Positions 57,101 through 64,000 of a stretch of 64,000 bases of DNA are shown here, piece after piece. The DNA lies in NCBI GenBank assembly GCA_016177405.1, contig JACOVG010000027.1, forward strand, positions 14,733-78,732, read 5' to 3'. The position numbers and the translations under genes were made by a program. The notes beneath the pieces were generated by a model. The model saw nothing but the letters and a program-made list of their open reading frames with translations. It was not told where the DNA came from and ran no database searches. Source of the DNA: Candidatus Omnitrophota bacterium. Its GTDB lineage: Bacteria > Omnitrophota > Gorgyraeia > 1-14-0-20-64-10. The first letter of the stretch is position 1, and every line of letters starts with the position of its first letter.

Positions 57101-58161
57101 CGTTCGCCAACGCTGCGCAACAGGGTTATTCATACGCCCATTGGCTGACGATGAGCGGCGGCCCTCAAAAAGAGGGTTGGCCGAATAAGTGGCCCGGCGC
57201 GGAGCGATCCGTCCCATTCTACAGGAAGTTCGCCGCCGTCATCAGGGAGGTCCGAATCGGTGATGCGGCGGCCGAATTTCCTGGGTACGCTTTCAGGAAT
57301 CCACATCTGGAGTTTGAGCTGGAACTGCCGGCCGGACTTGGCCAGCTCAAGACCAGTTTCGACGAGAAATCGAAAGCGCTGGTTACCGTCTACGGCGACC
57401 CTTGGGGCGAAGGTGTTCTGGACATCAGTGTTGAAATTCCGGTTGAGCCGGGAGCGAAGCGATCCGAGTTAGAGCGATTGCGGGATACTGCCGCGGATCG
57501 CCTGCACGAAGCGTTTCGTCAAAGCGCGTTGGTTTCACAAACCTCCTTCACGCTGACCCGTTTAGACGACAGCCTTTACTTGAGAGACCAAAGCGATGAG
57601 GTGAGCATACCCAACATTCATTTGTGGGAGGCGATCAAGAATACGGTGGATGCCTTGGCGGACCGTGCCGACGTGGAAAACCGGAGAATAGACGGCACGT
57701 TGTACGTTCGCGTTAGACGAAGAGAGGATCGCTGGCGAATTGAGTTTTCGGATAACGGCATCGGCTTTCCGGAACCCCCTTCAGATGTGTTCCGTTATGG
57801 ACCGTCGGCGCCCAAAGACAAAGAGCGCCGCTTGGGTTCGTTGGGAATGGCGTTAAAGGAGGGGTATTACGGCAACACGTTTTTGGGGCGGCACAGCGGT
57901 TTGTTGGTGATCGACAGCACGGATCGAAATTACAACGGTAGGCGAATGGTCTATGACGCGGTGGAGAAGAATGTTTTTCAAGAGCCCAGCCAAAGGAATG
58001 GCGGAATAGGGACGACGGTCATTTGGGAGTTCGGACCTTTGGCTGCCGGGCTGGAGGAGCCGCGGGCGGAGGCCCTGCGGGATGCGGGGTCCCCGCAAGC
58101 CCTGATCCCGACGTTTTCCGAAGGACTCAAGCAGACGCTGGAGTTGGCGGATGACCCCTGA
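54178..58161 (+). CDS. Large (1327 aa) GLEE-punctuated family protein: leader, DUF89-like, WD40 beta-propeller, GNAT-like, GHKL-type ATPase
   Basis: Leader ...[9 protein letters not shown]. GLEE at aa 36, 46, 527, 847 and 1291. DUF89-like motifs ([24 protein letters not shown]). WD repeats ([31 protein letters not shown]). GNAT-like domain paralogous to the first domain of the 37725 protein. Bergerat-fold motifs EAIKNTVDA (ExxxNxxDA) and DNGIGFP. Confidence 0.65.
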   Translation: [1327 protein letters not shown]

Positions 58162-58207
58162 CCCCAGGAGTTTTATTTTATAATAGAATATTGACTAATA
58201 TGAAATC

Positions 58208-58414
58208 ATGCGGTATGCTGGGAATGTGAATCAACGCCAGCGGGAAAGCGTAGCGAGGTACCTGTACGACTTAAGCAAGATAGTCTTTGCGACGGCCGTG
58301 GTCGGTAATCTCGTTGCTTGGGAGAACTTCAACGTGATAAACTTGGTCCTGGGTGGGATTACGGTGTGGGTATTCTTGAAATGGGGACTTTCCTTAGACG
58401 AGGAGAAGAGATAG
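58208..58414 (+). CDS. Hypothetical small membrane protein (68 aa)
   Basis: One hydrophobic helix (VFATAVVGNLVAWENFNVINLVLGGITVWVFL). The ATG lies inside a TTGACT-17-TATGCT promoter-like element, so the true start may be downstream. No homolog is recognisable. Confidence 0.25.
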   Translation: MRYAGNVNQRQRESVARYLYDLSKIVFATAVVGNLVAWENFNVINLVLGGITVWVFLKWGLSLDEEKR

Positions 58415-58596
58415 GTCGTGAATCGTGTCACAGTAACCTATTTGTTTCTTTTGGTGGTTGGGCTGATCGGGATCACGCTGACCTACTGGTCGCAGTACCG
58501 CCACCGGCACCAGCGCCACCGCCCCTGATTTTCTTCCTCGCGGAAGCCCGCCTCTTTTCTTGCCCCAGGCTCCATCGGACGCTATAATCGTTCATC

Positions 58597-59701
58597 ATGC
58601 CAGAGACCATCACCGTGCAGCTTACGACCCTCCGCGAGACGCTCTCCAACCTGCGGAGGTATCTTTGACCTGGACCAAGCCGAGTCCAGGATAAAGGCCC
58701 TCGAGCAAGCCCTCGCCACTCCCGGCTTCTGGGACGACCCCTCCAAGGCCAACCCGACCATCCAGGAATTGAAGCGCCTCAAGTCCGTCTCCGAGCCTTG
58801 GGCCGCCTGCTGGCGCGAGCTTCAGACCCTGGAGGAATTGTCCGCCCTGATCGAGAAAGAGGACACCGCCTCCCTGGAGGATTTGAACCGCTCGATCGCC
58901 GCCCTGTCCAAGGAGGCCGCCGCCCTGGAGAGCAAGACCCTTTTCCGGGGGGAATCCGACCCCAGCAACGCCATCGTTTCGATCGCCGCCGGGGCCGGCG
59001 GCACCGAGAGCTGTGACTGGGTGTCGATGCTCTTTCGGATGTACAGCCGCTGGGCCGAGACCAGGGGGTTTGGGAAGCAGGTGATCGATTACCTGGCCGG
59101 GGAAGAGGCCGGGATCAAGTCGGTGACCGTTGAGATCCAGGGGGATTACGCCTTCGGCTGGCTGCAGGGGGAGGCGGGGGTGCACCGGCTGGTTCGGATC
59201 TCGCCGTTTGATTCCAACAAGAGGCGGCACACCTCCTTCGCGGCGGTGGATGTGATTCCGGAGATCCCCGACGACATCGCCGTGGACCTTCAAGAGAAGG
59301 ACCTTCGGATCGACGTCTACCGGGCCAGCGGCCCCGGCGGCCAGGGGGTCAACACCACCGACTCGGCCGTCCGGATCACCCACCTTCCCACCGGGCTCGT
59401 GGTTCAATGCCAGAACGAGCGCTCCCAGCACAAGAATAAGGCCTTCGCGATGAAGGTCTTAAGGGCCCGGCTCCACGAGCTGGAGCGCAAGCGCCGGGAG
59501 GAGGAGCTGGCCAGGCAGCACGAGAAGAAGCAGAAGATCGAATGGGGCTCCCAGATCCGCTCCTATGTCCTTCAGCCCTACCAGATGGTGAAGGACCACC
59601 GCACCGAGGTGGAGACCGGCAAGACCCAGGCGATCCTGAACGGGGAGGAGCTGGACATTTTCCTCGACGCGTATCTGCGGTGGAAGGCCCAAAGGAAATA
59701 A
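58597..59701 (+). CDS. prfB: Peptide chain release factor 2 with programmed +1 ribosomal frameshift: frame 1 runs 58597..58665, then shifts to frame 2 for 58667..59701
   Basis: Canonical autoregulatory site GGAGG-TAT-CTT-TGA-C at 58655..58669: an internal SD-like GGAGG, then a slippery CUU followed by an in-frame UGA. The shifted frame encodes the RF2 body (SPF/GGQ motifs: RASGPGGQGVNTTDSAVRITHLPTG). Confidence 0.9.
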
Positions 59702-62493
<2,792 letters not shown>

Positions 62494-62512
<19 letters not shown>

Positions 62513-63906
62513 TTCTCGCCACCTCCCTTCTTCTTGTTCTGGCCTACCCGCCGTTTGACCTGGGGTGGCTGGCCTGGATCGCCCTGGTTCCGTGGCTTTT
62601 TTCCCTCGAGAAAGCAACCGCCCGGCAAGCCTTCCGGCGCAGTTACCTCGTGGGATTTCTTTTCTTCGGCGGGACGATCTGGTGGGTTGGCCACGTGACC
62701 ATCGTCGGCACCGTTCTTTTGGCGGCCGCTCTGGCGTTGTATTTCGGGCTCTGGGGCTGGCTCGCCCAAAAGTTTTTCTTACCGCTTACGGCTTACCGCT
62801 TACCGCTTTTTACCTTGCCGGCCTCCTGGGCGCTTGTGGAGTTCCTGCGCTCCAACCTCCTGACCGGTTTCGGGTGGAATCTCCTGGCCCACACCCAGTG
62901 GAACTGGCTGCCGCTCATTCAGATGGCCGACCTGACCGGCGCCTACGGGGTCTCCTTCCTCGTGGTGCTGGTGAATGTCGCGGTGTGGAGATTGCTTCGC
63001 CCGCCAAAGGCTGGTGGCGGGCTCGCAATGACGATAGCCCTGCCCGTTTTCTTACTCGCTGGAGCGTTAAGCTACGGGGCCGTCCGCTTGCACCAGCTTG
63101 ACCGTGCCCATTCTCCTTCTTTCCGGGTGGCGGTCCTGCAGGGCAACATCCCGCAATTTGAGAAATGGGATGAACAATTCGCCGAGTCGATCTGGCTGCG
63201 CTACGAGACCCTCACGTTGGAGGCGGCCCTGGGCCGGCCGGACCTGATCATTTGGCCCGAGACCTCGGTGCCGGGGTTCTTGGATGAGCCGGCCGTCAGG
63301 CAAAGACTCACGACGCTGGCCAGACTCGTGGAGACTCCTCTTCTCGTCGGGGTCCCGGCCGCTTCCGCCGACGGAAGCCGGTTCTTCAACCGGGCGCTCC
63401 TTGTCGATTCGCGGGGGGGGCTCACGGAGCATTACGACAAGCTCCACCTGGTTCCCTTCGGGGAGTATCTGCCTCTTACCCCGATCTTGGGCTGGCTGCG
63501 CCAGCTGGTCCTGATGGGCGACTTCTCCCCCGGGAGCCGGCATACCGTGTTTCGGCCGGCAAGCGCCCCGGTGCCGGATTTTTCGGTCTTGATCTGCTTC
63601 GAGGATCTCTTTCAGAGCCTGCCGCGCCGCTTTGTGAAGGAGGGGGCCCGGTGGCTGGTCGTGATCACCAACGACGCCTGGTTTGGGCGGTCGGCCGCCA
63701 GCCTCCAGCACCTCCAGGCCTCGGTCTTCAGGGCGGTGGAGTCGCGCGTCTGGGTGGTCCGGGCGGCCAACACCGGCTGGTCCGGCTTTGTTGACCCCTC
63801 CGGCCGCCGGCTGCCGTACCCCCGCCAGATTCCCCGTTTTGAGGCCGGTTTCGCCGAGGCCGATCTTGAGCTTTCCTTCCGTCGAGAAAGCCGATATAAT
63901 CGGTAA
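62494..63906 (+). CDS. lnt: Apolipoprotein N-acyltransferase
   Basis: 470 aa. N-terminal polytopic region. C-terminal CN-hydrolase domain with catalytic Cys context (LICFEDLF). TTG start overlapping the secA 3' end. Confidence 0.75.
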
Positions 63907-63939
63907 TCTCGGCACCTTAACGCCGTTTCAAAAATGGAA

Positions 63940-64000
63940 ACGCTGGATCAGCTTATAAAACAACGCCTTACGAAGCTCGCGAAGGCGCGCAAAGCCGGCC
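63940..64000 (+). CDS. 5' end of a CDS that runs beyond the window; N-terminus resembles a class II aminoacyl-tRNA synthetase of the LysS type
   Basis: Translation METLDQLIKQRLTKLAKARKAG... Only about 20 codons are visible, so the call is tentative. Confidence 0.3.

Overview
This is a high-GC (about 65%) bacterial chromosomal segment, densely packed with co-directional operons, most with SD-type ribosome-binding sites.

The recognisable housekeeping content, in order:
- A futalosine-route menaquinone cluster: UbiA-like prenyltransferase, UbiX, two MqnC/MqnE radical-SAM enzymes, MqnA, polyprenyl synthase.
- Heme/siroheme genes (SirC-like, HemA).
- A Rieske/cytochrome b/pentaheme cytochrome c complex, directly followed by tatA-tatC.
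- dcd and gpmA.
- A tandem pair of Ddl-like ATP-grasp ligases followed by lysine 2,3-aminomutase.
- pabB-pabC-purH-folC.
- accA and cobO.
- tRNA-Leu(CAA) and tRNA-Ala(GGC).
- leuS, then later lptE-holA.
- comEA-comEC, a PilZ protein, a BamD-like lipoprotein.
- rpsT, murJ, uvrC, a small MGMT-domain protein.
- prfB with the canonical programmed +1 frameshift, secA, lnt.

Embedded in this backbone are four genes of sizes 2759, 1327, about 995 and 417 aa (at 37725, 54178, 24118 and 28268). They form one family that appears to be undescribed.
- Each begins with a signal-peptide-like leader ending in an AxA-LR junction.
- Each carries the pentapeptide G-L-E-E, usually as [AS][AG]GLEE, about 15-20 residues later and again at every domain boundary. 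There are 19 copies in these four proteins and none elsewhere in the window.
- The motif is coded with varied synonymous codons, so the constraint is on the protein, not the DNA.
- The segments between motifs are discrete domains: GNAT or GNAT-like, TPR, PPP-type phosphatase, a Fic-like domain with an altered core motif, a class I methyltransferase, DUF89-like, WD40, a GHKL ATPase, and a sigma-70-like module with five HTH repeats.
- All four genes lack an SD and sit 12-25 nt downstream of an AT-rich TATA(A/C)T box.

Two family members lie in a roughly 6-kb island bracketed by duplicated ORF6N-domain genes, one of which is disrupted.
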